Source of the DNA: Lingula anatina | Taxonomy: Eukaryota; Animalia; Brachiopoda | NCBI GenBank assembly: GCA_051362555.1 | Contig: CM120640.1 | Coordinates: 9,486,001 to 9,550,000, forward strand | Direction of reading: 5' to 3' | Length of the DNA: 64,000 nt | Part shown: positions 50,989 through 64,000 of the stretch, piece after piece | Position numbering within the stretch: position 1 is the stretch's first letter | Layout: the number at the start of each line of letters is the position of its first letter | Translations under genes and position numbers: made by a program | The notes under the pieces: generated by a model | Database searches by the model: none | Told to the model about the DNA's origin: nothing | What the model saw: only the letters and a program-made list of their open reading frames with translations

Positions 50989-52396
50989 AACTTGTCCTGA
51001 CTGGGCAAAGCTGTCATCATGAAAAAGTTAGTAGTGGGATATCATGCTGATTTTCTGTCCATCTTTTTATATAATCTTGGTCCTCTCCTGCTGATTTCAT
51101 TTGCATCCATTCAGTTTATCCTCTGATATCTTTTCTGGAAAGTTAGCATTTTTATGTACCTGGTCCCATCACCTGAGTTTTTCTACAACACTGAAGGTAA
51201 AGCCAGAGCTCTATCTGGATCCATGGACATTTAATAATTGTTTCCAAAATACCTGGAAAGCAATATTACCATTTTGCTTCAAACTGACATGAATACTGTT
51301 TTAAAATGTCGATCGGGTAAAATTGCTGCATGATCCAATTATTCCTTATTTTACAACATTTTTTAAAGATAAATTTGCCCTTGTGGATGCTGCAATCATC
51401 CAAATGCTTACTATGTAACCTTATGGGATTATTTGTGGTCCTGAAATGCCAGTCAAGTTCAAGATAGTGGGCATGATATGATGTTATTCCTTAATCTTTT
51501 TTCAATATTTTGGCTTTATTTTACTATTTCTAAAAGAAAATTAATTGATACTATTAGGCAAACAGCAATTTTGTCTGATGATCTCTCTCTACCATTCAAT
51601 CAATTTAAATGAAATTTGACATGCATGAAGGCTCTAACATGTGATTGTGCACATGAGTATTACATGTAACTCCCATGTGAAGAGGCATTTGTACTGTAAA
51701 TGTGTTCGTGTCACAGACTAGCGGATTTAATTACAGTAGACATCAACTTATATCTCTAATTATTGTTTATCTCAAAGAAATCTTATAGAATGGATATTTT
51801 CTTTGGTACTAGCTGCATAGATCACTCTGAGTTCTCAGAGTTCCTCCTGCAGAATGTAATTAATAAGAAAATGAAGTTGCTCAAAGAGCACAGATCAAGG
51901 ACTGGAATGATAACAATTAAGATCCTCAAATTTTGTCCAAGTTTGCCTGTATGATTTTCATAGAATCTGGTTAATCTGGTGCACTGAAACTAGTATGTAT
52001 AACAAAAAGACTCAATATGTTTTAGGATCAAAGGAATTTTAAACCATATAAATTAGGTCTGGCAAATTTAAAGGCATATTTGATTTTGCCATATACTGTA
52101 TATATATATGTACGGTAAATATTTAAAATAAATAAAATGAGACCTATGCAGATACTTCATTTTCTCCTAAACTGTCTATCTCAGAAAGATTTTATCAAAT
52201 TTGCACAGAAACTTTTGACTTACTAGTACAACTGTATTAGTCAACAAACAAACAGATGCTGATAAATCATTAGCATTTTTGTTGGAGGAAGTAAAAGTGA
52301 TCGGTTGCCTAAACATTTAGGGAAACTCTTCGATTGAGCTTGTACTGTATATTTTTATATTTAAAAAAGGGTGGACAATGTCAGCAGAGTTTTTTC

Positions 52397-52440
<44 letters not shown>

Positions 52441-52825
52441 GGTGGGTGGAGTAATGGTGGAGGAGAGCTGAATCACCAGTACCCATCTTTAGTAATGCAT
52501 CAGTCCAGGTTTTACTCTGCAAATAAGCCCAGGAATAGTTGTGCACTCCTTCCTTATCTTTCAAAAAATCAATGTAAGTGTTATATATTAAAGATAATTT
52601 TCTGTTAAATGGTGAAACTGCCGTATTTAGGGATCATTACCAGCCTGATAATTAGGTGGTTGCTTGAAATTGATCAGATTCATCCGCTGATTAGTATGTA
52701 CATGCAAGCATTGGTATTGTGTACACATGATACAAGTTTTGTTCAGATGACAATTAGAATGTACAAGAATGTACGTATGTATGCATAAGGCTGCTTGATT
52801 ATACCCCGCCCTATTCCATCACATG

Positions 52826-52880
<55 letters not shown>

Positions 52881-55518
52881 CACACAGATATCATCTGAAT
52901 GCATTGCTGCAGTATTACAATGGGAATCCATGAAGGAGGGAAATTAACAGTCATGCAATTATTGTATTCATTCTGACAAAGTACCCTTAGTTTCAGAGGT
53001 GAATTAAAATAAAAAGGGGTGAAACTCAGGTTGTCAAGAATGTCCACATAATACCAACTTAACCCCTGGAAATAGCACCCTAATATCTTATTTTCCAGTA
53101 CCTAATAGTTCAGCCATGATATCTCAGTAAAAACCCCTGACAAAGAAGAGGTTCTTTTCATCAGTGTTGTTTAATGTTTGTAAGTCAGGATAGTGGACTT
53201 TATATTTAAAAAAGTTCATCACAAATTTTGATTGGATTTTCAGGACAGACAGTTGGCTAGGAGGAAAGAAGTGATTTGGAATTCACTAAAATTTCTACAC
53301 AATTTTGTATTTTTTATGGTTATACATTTTTTAAATTTTGTACTGGCAGGATCTGTGATTGAAAGTGCTCCCTAGTATCAGCTAATACCTGTTATGTAGG
53401 CACTGTGATAATGCTTATGTCAGTCATGTTTTCCAGTCTTTAGTTGTCCTTATCTGCAGCTGTATTTTTTAAGAAAAACATTCGGACATACTGAGTAGAT
53501 ATTTGTCAGCATCACAGGTACTGAATATGAAAAATGTTTTCACAACTGATATAATTTGAATGTATAAGATAAAAAAAAAATTATTGTAGTGATGTGTTAG
53601 CAGGAATATTGTCAGTTGATGAGTTTAGCAATAGCTTTTATTTTGTTCAGCAGAAGTAAATCAGAAAATGACTGTTGAGCTTTAAAGTCTCTGAGTGCCT
53701 AATTGTGAACATTTACCATATGAATATAATTTATAAGATAAAGGGATAGCAACCATTCATAAGTTATCCATATTTCACAATATATACATTGCAAATAACT
53801 CATAGAAATATAATAAATTGTATTTTACCAACAATACAGCAGTTAACACAATTATTCTGAAATTTGTCCTTTCCATCACATGACCTCTGTAGAAGGCTAC
53901 ATTCTACACTCTCACAAAAAAACAAACTTTTTAGAAAAAAAAACGGGCTAATTTTGAGTGTGGGAACGGATTCATTTACCATTGGTAAGCATGGGAAAAT
54001 TGTCCTTTACCCCAGGAAAATTCTTTTTTGGCCAAAATGAACAGTTGTTATCCTTTTTAAAAAAAGTGTTTTACTGCAAAAGTCAGACAAGGCAATTTAT
54101 CAAACCAATGGTGAACACACAAAAACTGTTACAGTTTGCACCTGATCAACAGCTTCCTTGTCAGGTATAACAGCTGGAATGATTGAATCTTACAGAATTA
54201 TTGATTGGGTCTTAAGTTAGGTAAGTTGTATCCACTTATTAGTTAAAGCACTACATCAATAACATGGCTTTGATATGTTGCATGTTGTCATGCAAGAATG
54301 TACGTACACATGCTACCATGCATTTGTGTGCACACATATATATAGTAACAATACATGTATGCACATGCACACAGTATGCACAAACAGTTTTGTGTTGCTT
54401 GGGATTTGGGCACTTTTGGTGCATTCCCAAGTATATCATGGGCATTTTGAGCAGTTGCACTTATATTGGGTCCTTAACTTTTGCCTTAATAACTTTCCTT
54501 TACTTTTGGACAGGACTTTATGTTGAAGCTTTGGACAACAGTGGTTTTTATAATTGTAAAATTATCAAGTTCTTTATAAAGTAAAATACAATGTGTTCAA
54601 ATGTATTCTTATGAGCCCTGGATGTTTTAGAATATTACCCCATTTTAATAACTGGTGTGGCAAGGAAAGAAAGCTTGTATGCTAGCTTTCCAGTGCTTTA
54701 ATACAGCAGCTGGTCAGGCTGTATCCTCCCCAGGAAACTGAAAAGATCTACACCCACTCTGCATCAAGACAAAAATAAAATAATAACAGTCATCAATTGT
54801 AAACCATGCAGAGATGCAGCTGAGAGCGGTACATGAGAACCAGTTTTTTTACTTCTTAAAGGTGAAATTTTGTTGAATTTCAGTGGCTATGGTAGTTATA
54901 ATATGTGTCGGACATGTAACTTTTTTTTTTACTTTAATAATACCTGTTTGATAAAACAATTTTATTTCAATTTCAGTCTCAATTTGGCATACTGGAAAGA
55001 CATCTGAACCAGTGATTGAATCAGTTGCTGGTAAATTGACTTGTAACCACATTCAAATAGATTTTTGCCACTGCATTCGTTTAAAATCATGCATTCTCTA
55101 TAGCGAAGAAATGCTTAAGCCTAGTCCTGAGAGAGTGATTTTACTGGAAATAACTATCTGCACATCTGCAAACTCATAAAAGGTTTCCTTGGTTATTCAT
55201 CCGAGGGATGAAAATAACATTACTGGCTATGTGTGAAAATGTTCCACCCACATGTGCTTGTCAGGAGTAGATGAGGCTGCATCTTGGAAGCTTTAATTAG
55301 TGACTAGAAATTATATGTCCTGTTATGGGGGATAATGATGTTACTAGTAGAACCAGTAGTTGCTAAATTCTATGTGACATGTAGTTTTCAAAATGCATAG
55401 AATATGCAAGTGTTTATCATGTATAACTTAATTTGCTTTAGGATAAGTTAACACTTGGAAAAATGGGTTTGTTCATTTGAGGTGTTTAGAAGTGTACATG
55501 TAAATACAACCCCCACTA

Positions 55519-55520
<2 letters not shown>

Positions 55521-55574
<54 letters not shown>
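55521..55574. repeat. (GT)n microsatellite (others near 28605, 29980, 35237, 41153, 52399, 52827)
   Basis: Read directly. Confidence 0.95.
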
Positions 55575-55576
<2 letters not shown>

Positions 55577-56589
55577 ATTAACTGTTAAATGTATATATAA
55601 GGTAAGATTAATTTTAGCCTAGGAACTTCCTTGTTCCAGCTTATAAACTTAATTTTATGAAAGTAATTTTTTTAATTAAACAGAGTGATGCAGTAATATG
55701 AATAAATATGTATGGTATAAGTAATATGCGGGAGTGTGGTAATATGCACTTAATCAGGTGTTACTAAATACATTGACTTGTTAATGGCAGACTATTTGAG
55801 ATTGTGTCAAAAATGTTTGGGTTCAAATTTCTTGAATTTCTTTAAAGATGGTTTTATTTACATGTGTGTGACTTTTTTGTGGCAACCAAATTGATTGGGT
55901 GCTAAGAATTATTACACAAATAACAAGAGATCGGTCAAAACAAATTAAGATTACTGGCATTGCAAAGTCAACAATAGCATAAGTAATTTACTTTTTGTAA
56001 CTTAAATCAACACATTAGGTTGAGCCCAAGGGGACAGTAAGTAGCATGCTAAGATTGAGATTTATTAAAGTGAACACACATTTGTTTCTGTGATTACTTC
56101 CAACTACTTGATTATTCTTTGTAGGTCACAATATGGAATTAATGAACTGAACACACCCTAGTTTTTGTAGTTTTTTAAAGTTACTATGATCATTTCAATT
56201 ACTTGAATATGATTGTGTCAAGGGTCAAGTAGTAAGAGATAATGGTTGCCATATATTTAATAGCATTAAGCAGTTAATTTTTGCTGTGAATAAAATATTT
56301 TGTGCTGCATCATTATAAGTTCATGCATTATTGGGCAGTAGTAACTGAATTGCTTTTTTTAATTGTTAAAAATAATGTCAAAAGAAATGGTAAGAGATTT
56401 GCTCTTCCCTAAACCATGTTTGACTATGTTAAGCTTTAAATTTAACAAATAGGACACATGCTTTATGCAGCATGTACCAGTACTGCAGTCCATTTGAATC
56501 AACGACAATTGATGTGATAACCTGTAAAATGTACATATTGATCGATCATGACAAGAATCTTAAAAGTATAATTTTTTTTATGATTTCAG

Positions 56590-56648
56590 GTGTTGCCCAC
56601 TACTCTAAGGTCATTGAAAATGTGGAAGACTGCTGCTGGTTTGATGAG
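56590..56648 (+). CDS. OTOF: Otoferlin-like, coding exon 2
   Basis: tttcag|(G)VAHYSKVIENVEDCCWFDE|gtatgt, 59 nt, phases 1/0. Confidence 0.92.
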
Positions 56649-58758
56649 GTATGTAGGCAGGTTCTTATTAACAGTGGAGCTATTCAAGCATGCCATCACT
56701 TAATCTGTTGATATGCTGATCGCTTCAATCAATTAATTAGTGTTGTTTCAATCATGCTTGTTGATATATTTTTTGTGCGTGTGTATAATAAAATGGAAAG
56801 ATAAATATCTCTGAGAATGTTTGATTTGCCAAAAGATTATGAAATGCTGGCATGATCCAATTATATTACTTTGGTTTGGAAAAAAAAAAAGAATATTCAA
56901 GTGATTTAATAATACTGGCACACACCATGTTTCTATAAATGAAAAGGAAAAAAGAAATACATAGATCAATATTACTTGATGACATGAATAATAAATGATG
57001 ATAAGTCCCAGTCCAGCACATTATTACTGCCTTTGTTTCCTATTTCAGTATATGGTGTCAAAAAGCTTTTGACTAAACTGTTGCATAAGTCTGTGTCAAT
57101 AACTTTAACAGAAAATAAAAGCCTTAAGGGGATGTTTTCATACTGCACTGTGTTAGAAATTGCCCCTTCCTTTCTTCAGCTTGCTCCCATGGGCAGCATT
57201 TATGTATTATAGTCATCTACATGTGCTGCCTATGAAGCTTGGATAGACAGTTGTTGCCCCTTGATAGACATGAAGTTAATATTGGCACATTGGTCAGGAA
57301 ATAATACCCAGTGGAGTGAACACTACATAGGGTGTTGTTTGTATGTGCATCTGCATGCAGGAGGACTGTGGAGGAAAGAGGGGAAAAAATTAAGACCTTG
57401 AAAGTGATCTGAATTTTAATGACAGTGGATTTAAAGTAATCTTCTGGTTTCCTTTCTTCCAGAACTTTACACTAACTTATTACATTCAGAAAAAAGTATC
57501 TATGATTTGGCAGAGTCTATGCAGAAATTTAAATATACCTGTGGCAGTTTTTTTTTTAAAACCCAGTTGGAACTCGGCATTTGCTAGACATTACATCATT
57601 TAAAGTCATATTAAAATCAATTGAAAAAAAGCATAGTCTAGCTTAATTTTTGAAACCCTAAAAGTCCATCTGACCTCACCAGAAGAACATATCATAGAGA
57701 CTCCCGTTCAGACCACCTCTAAATCTCTTTAAACTTTAACTTACCCTGAAAGCAGTTTGTTGATAACATAGAGAGATACATGTATGATGCAGAACTGTGA
57801 CATCTAAACCTATTTATCCTACATTGTAGCAACATATTATTGTCTAGAGACAGTGAAGACAGGTTGTTAGATGTAAGTGCCCATTAGTTGAGGTGATTCA
57901 TTAGGTTGCAACGCTAGACTAAGACAATAACCACATCCGTCATAAATGAATTATCCCAGTTCATATTGACGTCATGGTACACAATTTCCTGAAGTATGTG
58001 ATACAGTGTGTGTTTCGTTCTTTGGTTCTATGGGAATAAACAGCCTTATATGGTCTATCAGTGATGGATTGAAATATCTTGCTTTCAAGTTCTCTTCAGG
58101 GTAATAAAACTACCGTAATAGAGTTCCCATACAACTTTACAGAACATTGCATACACTTGTAATTTGTTCCTACCCCAATGCATGAGTTCTCAAGCCTGAT
58201 TTTTATTTTTGACTTAATATAAGGAAATGATATCACTTTGACAAGGACTGCATGACCAACTTTTTTTATTTTTTTCTTGCAGAACAAATGAATATCATAT
58301 TATATATGTATACTTTTATTGTTTAAGCAAATAAATCTGAATAATGGTCATCGATCATCAGACATCATAAGGTGGAAGGTCTTTAGATAAAGATGCCAGC
58401 ATTTAATTGAATAAGACGTGCCCTTTGGGGGACATTATAATTTGACTGTATAATCTATTTTAAAAGAGGAAAGAAATCCAATATAAAATTTGATGATGGA
58501 TCCCCAAAGGTACCTTGAGAAACCATGATGATGTTATCAGGATCAGGCCATTTTTAAGAGTATGATTCTGTGTCAAGTTTGCTTGTTTAATCAAACACGG
58601 CACACATCCCTTAATTAACTTAGAGCATACCAGTGCTCACATCCTTCAATTCAGTTAGACCACAATGGTGGTATATAACTAAGTTAAGCCATGTAATATT
58701 AGCATATATCTGAGTTATACCACGACCTGTATACTGTAAGTATATATCTTGGTTATAC

Positions 58759-58794
58759 CTTGGACATAATAATGATTACGTTATTATGTCCAAG
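58759..58794. mobile_element. 36-bp palindrome with perfect 7-bp TSD (possible P-superfamily footprint)
   Basis: gttatac|cttggacataataa tgattacg ttattatgtccaag|gttatac. Confidence 0.7.
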
Positions 58795-60020
58795 GTTATA
58801 CCATTGATGTGATGGATTTAAAGTCAAGACCTCCAAAGTTCTATATGCATAAGTAAATGATATTTTGGTGATATTCTGTCAGTGTTATCATTAGATTTAT
58901 TATCAAATATATACCTGTACAAGTTAGACTATGGGTTTTGCAAAGTTTTTAGATCTGTACCTGAACACATCTTAGAGCTGAATAATGGTTCTGGTGATCC
59001 AAGATTTTTTTTATCAGAGGTACCTTGTGCATACTAATGTAAGTTGATGCCTAAATGACAGTGCCACATTGTATGGGCTCCATATTAGGGTGCTTGACAT
59101 TCAACCTATGATCCCAAGTTTTTTATTTAGTTATTTATTTTTATTTTATGGTACTTTCTTGAATAAGTTTTGGGTGTTTTTTACAGATTCGATAAAAATA
59201 ACTACATTGCATTTATGAGTGAACTAAAATGTTTTGTATTTCAGATTTTGAATTGTCTGTCAAATCATTTTTTCAAATGTCATTTATGGCATTTATACAA
59301 GTTAGTGGTACCTTTACAGGTGGTTTTATCCACCTCTCTGAACTTCCATTTTTTTTTATTGTTTTATTCCCCAAGTAACTATCTATTAGAAAATGGCATA
59401 CCAGTATACTATATGAAGGGTGATATATTGATAAAGATCATCATTAGACTGAATGAAAAATCTGTCTACAACTAAGAGTTACTTGATGAGGGGTATTTTA
59501 GAACTTGGACACATCACTTAAGACAATCTGAATTTGATGTTCTGAATTTTATGCATTACCATTATTTTGGTGGATGAAAGATTGGAGAAATGTTTGATTT
59601 CATCATCAGTGTTAGGTTTCATCATCCATAAGGGATGAATCTGATTTGATTATTTTGTCATTGTACCTACTTGTTTTCTCTCAGGGATTGTATTATGATG
59701 ATTACTGTAACAGTGAAATATATGTGTGCTTAACTACAGTAAATTGATCAGCCTATGTGGAAAAATGAATAAGATACTTCTTTGATGATTCAAGAGATCA
59801 CATAGTACTTTTTGTGAAGACGAGTTCATTGTTGTTGCTCTGTGATGGCTCCAGAACTACTACACATATATAAATCATTTCAATTTCTTTTGCATTAGTT
59901 AAAAAAACCCCAACAACTTACATAGATTAAATTTTTTATTGTTTCAGTAGAGTGGTTTTGTATATTTCAGTGGAAGCAAGCTTTATTACCTATATGCAGT
60001 CATTGAACATTTGAGATTAA

Positions 60021-60279
60021 GGCTTCATTCACATGCAATGTCTATTTTCTAAATTCTATTTTCTATTCGCGGTACGTCTTATGATCACGGTCTGTGCCCT
60101 GAATATCCCGCGGCGTAATTACTGGCAGCGCGAGCCAGTTACTATAAGTTACTTTAAGTAACTGGCTCGCGCTGCCAGTAATTACGCCGCGGGATATTCA
60201 GGGCACAGACCGTGATCATAAGACGTACCGCGAATAGAAAATAGAATTTAGAAAATAGACATTCCATGTGAACGAAGCC
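60021..60279. mobile_element. Near-perfect palindromic PIF/Harbinger-like MITE
   Basis: 123-bp arms with 2 mismatches, 13-bp loop, GGC...GCC termini, TAA TSD. Confidence 0.93.
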
Positions 60280-60393
60280 TAAGTCTGAGTGACCGATAGT
60301 GTCAGAAATCTATCTATCTATCTGTATCTTGGAAAACCAAAGAAAAAGATGTGAAATTAATGCAAGGTTTTCATTTATTGCCATTCTTTGCAG

Positions 60394-60482
60394 ACCTTTA
60401 CTTGGCCAGTGGCACGACCTGTTGACGGCCGTGAGATGGTGGAGGTACAGTTGTTTAATTACAACAAATACCTTAACAACAG
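60394..60482 (+). CDS. OTOF: Otoferlin-like, coding exon 3
   Basis: tttgcag|TFTWPVARPVDGREMVEVQLFNYNKYLNN(R)|gtgagg, 89 nt, phases 0/2. Confidence 0.93.
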
Positions 60483-60872
60483 GTGAGGTTCATTGTAGAA
60501 ATCCAGGTATCTGATGAATTAAATTGCGTGTTCTTGATGCATTCTTAAAAGATAACAGTTTCTGATTCCTTAGGAAGCCAGTAGAAATAGTTATGTCTAC
60601 ACTTGTGGAACACCATTGCTGGACTGCACTCCAAGACTTTTCTATTTTTTATCAATTAAAAGAGCTCTGTCCATATTTACCATAAATTTCTGATATATAT
60701 TTTGTACATACATATATTAGCTGAACATTTATTATTACTATTAATTCAGTCACTTTGAAATGGACTAGGGTGTAGTTGTCACTATAGACTATTGAAGATA
60801 TAATATACTCGTATATATAACCTCAGAAATTTGACTTAATAGAAAGATGAACTGATTCATTTTTTTTTTCAG

Positions 60873-60972
60873 GCAAGTGGGTTTCTTCCAGATGCTGCTC
60901 CAGGAGTTGGTAGAAACAGGCCATGTCAAGATAACTGACCACTTGCTAAATGAGAACAATGTCATGATGAAG
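60873..60972 (+). CDS. OTOF: Otoferlin-like, coding exon 4 (gene continues past the window)
   Basis: ttttcag|QVGFFQMLLQELVETGHVKITDHLLNENNVMMK|gtaagc, 100 nt, phases 2/0. Confidence 0.93.
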
Positions 60973-62578
60973 GTAAGCAGGAGCCTGTTTTATGAAAACT
61001 CTTGGGTCAGTTTTAAGGGGGGGGGGGAGCTGAGCCCGTTGAAACTAATTTGCATTTCGCAAATAATCAAAACTCAAAATGGCTGCATATTGTACCTCAT
61101 CTTAAAAATATTTTAAGTAAGTCCCTTGAGCAAAATGTGGCAATCTAGGCTAAGGTTTTTACTCTCCATGACAACAAAAGCACATTTAGATAAGTCAAAT
61201 TCACTTATTGTGCACCAATCATTCTTAAAACTCTGACACAAATATTGTATATTCTGGCAAAGATAACTTTGTGTTTGGGACTCCAATTTTATCAGCCTTA
61301 ACTTAGCTCAAGTGCTTTTTTGTGAAGCAATTCCCAAGGATATCAATATATCTATAATTGACAAAAGTTCTAAAATGTTTTAAAGAAATAATGGGGACTC
61401 TGATCAAAGCTGCATTCACCTACTTAAGGAGTTCAAAACTCAAAGTAAGAAGTATTGGTCATCTCAGTATAGCATTGAATAAAATAACTGAAGAATCCTA
61501 CAATGTTCTTCATTCATTCCTGCACCTTGTTGACTTAAAAAAAAAAAAAAATATCTTCCATTGATAGACTTAGCTTGGGGTCTGCAAAACTACATATTGA
61601 TTTACAGTCCCAGTGTCCACCATGATAACATCAAAAGTTGCTAACATTTTTGCTTTTGCAATATTTTGAAAAAAATTGAGTGTCATTCAAATTGCACAGT
61701 CAGTATGACTTAATTAGTTCCTGTCATTCCCAATATAATAGACTTACAGAGGCAATTTCCTCCAGAAGACAAGTGGAATAATCTGTTTTGGAAAATGAAA
61801 ATTAACTGGTAATAACAAAGTTATTTTGATGGTAAAATCAAGTTAGCTGTGTTCTTTTACTTGTGCATGGATACTGTTGTGAAAAAAAGAAAAATTGCTT
61901 TAGTGAGGTATAATAAAACATATATTGAGGGCATATGCTGATACATTGCTCTTGTCAGGAGTAGTAATGTTAGATTTTTAGACATGCGATGTATGGATTT
62001 TTTTCATCTCATGTTAACAATACATGCTACATCCTTCTACATACATGTAGATGCAGTATACAATGCAAATTCAAAGCAGTTAAGTTTGTATGGGAAATTT
62101 AGGTTAAAAGGATTGATTTTGTGTAAATTTTGATTTATGGGATAGAATTGAGAAAGAACACAACTTTTGTTTTATATCAATAAACACTCTTTGAGTTGAT
62201 ATTTTTCAGAAGAATTGGCTAATTAATATCCATTGGTTTCAGCTTCTTATTATTCCATGATCTGCGGACTGGTCAATGACATGTTGCAGCATTTTAACAG
62301 TATATAAATGCCTTTAACAGAAATAGGAAGTCAGTCAACTTAACGAATTTCATCAGATAAGATTTCAAGGCAACATGCAGTTCGTGGTAGTACATTACCA
62401 GGCGTAAAAATCGCTATTTTAAAGAAACCTCATTAGAGCAGTTTCTAAGTGTCCATGGAATGGTATTGACTTGCAAACCTGATAGTTGGAAAAGAAATGT
62501 TGTCATATATATTGATTTAAGAAAATGATCCATGAAGTCTTACAGTGTAGTTCATCATCAAATTTATCTGAGACATGC

Positions 62579-63190
62579 TTTTTATGTACAGACACAGATG
62601 TGTCTGTATATATAGCCGTCACCTGCGTCTGTTGTTGCCCCTGCTGTTGCCGTCGTGCTTTTTGGTGTGCACTTTCACCCTAATAACATGATAAGTGGAA
62701 AACCATTTGCTTTAAACTTACAGAACTGATGAATATTCATCAAGTCCAAAAATCAGCATAATTGGGTCATTCTTTCAAAATTTATGCTGTTTTTGCTTTT
62801 TTTTTTCAGCATATGTGCAACACCGATAACATGATAAGTGAAATAACATTTTACCTTTTGGCTTAAAACTTACAGAACTCATGAATATTTATAAAATGCA
62901 GGTCAAATTCGAAAATCAGAATGATTGGGCCACTTTTTCCAAAGGTAATGCCTATTTTGCATCAAAATAGACAAAAAACTTTTTAGTGCACTGTCACCAC
63001 AAACGTTATAAAAAGAAAACTGTGTTACATATTATATTTTTAGCATTTCAAGAATGATTCTTAGGTTTGACATATACAACTGAAATTAGAAAACCAGCTG
63101 GATTATTATTTTTTATTGAATTTATGCAATTTTTTTTCGTGAAATTTTCATTTTTCTCATTCTGATCGTGAACTATTACCAGTTGTGCAT
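62579..63190 (+). mobile_element. Helentron-associated (HINE-like) non-autonomous element, decayed
   Basis: T-run start, 10-bp hairpin tacagacaca/tgtgtctgta (62587-62608), degenerate GTC/GTT tract, then 2-3 tandem cores of about 150-170 bp (taacatgataagtg...aaacttacagaact.atgaatatt). Right end approximate. Confidence 0.55.
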
Positions 63191-64000
63191 AATTAAAATT
63201 TGATGTTGACTGTACAGTAAAGCATAATGTATTATTGCATCAGAATTGACAGTATCATGTTTTATGCATTATTATTTTCTGCTTTTTGTCTGTACATTTG
63301 ACAGCTTTGCTGCCTTGTTTCCAGTATAAAATCCAAGCACAACAGTCATATATTGTATTTACATTTGCAGATGTATACACATTTCTAAGAAAGTTAAGGC
63401 CAGTGACTGCAATTATATTATTTTTGCCATAAAATCCTTCACTCTGTGCCAGATTATCTGCAAATTAGTGAACATGTCTTTGCTTTTGAATCTAAAACAT
63501 GTCATAATTGAAGATAATGTATCAACTTTATACATTAACGAGTACATTTATCATAGGAAGGACAAGTTAAATGCAGGAAAGCTGATTACTGTAGCGACTT
63601 TATTGTCCATTCATTCCTTTTTATTCTATCCTAATTTTCTTTCTTTTTCCACTTTTTTTTGTATATACTGACTTCGTAGATATATATGTTGCTCTATGCA
63701 CTTTGCCTCCTTTTTAGTCTCTTTTAAATTAACATTGGTAAAATAAATATCCTCATAGCACCAAGTATTTAACAGCTTGCTGTTTTTTTTAATACTGTGA
63801 TATGTTAGATATGTATGTTACATCCTTTTCATTGACAGCTTCAGTTGTATTTGTTTTTATATTCTTAATGATTTTGACTGAAGATTCCATTTGTTTTTAG
63901 GTGTCATTCTTTTGTTAATGACATATAAGAAACAAAATCTACATGCTTTTAGAGCTGTTGTGTATAGGCAATCTAGTTGATTTGATTAATATGATTAAAT

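Overview
AT-rich, intron-rich animal genomic DNA. The repeat types and gene structures suggest a marine invertebrate, probably a mollusc or other lophotrochozoan (inference). Almost all short ORFs in the track are spurious; the real genes were rebuilt by hand from splice sites. (1) 1-8.4 kb: tandem array of a two-exon secreted protein with a fibrinogen-like YCxMxxxGGGY motif. It holds one complete copy, one copy running off the window, and a third unit with only promoter plus signal-peptide exon. (2) 18077-19336 (+): FFAR4/GPR120-like class A GPCR with an uninterrupted CDS. (3) 21290-28977 (-): 9-exon, 518-aa lysyl oxidase-like gene (signal peptide, 2 SRCR, LOX domain). (4) 41965->64000 (+): first four coding exons (C2A domain) of an otoferlin-type ferlin, largely invisible in the ORF track and lying in a CpG-depleted domain that starts near 36.5 kb. 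Non-coding DNA holds a LINE 3' fragment, 6-bp-TSD hAT-like MITEs, TAA/TTA Harbinger-like MITEs (one a near-perfect 259-bp palindrome), two tiny 7-bp-TSD palindromes resembling P/Galileo excision scars, a Helentron-like element and many microsatellites. No CRISPR array, rRNA or convincing tRNA was seen.
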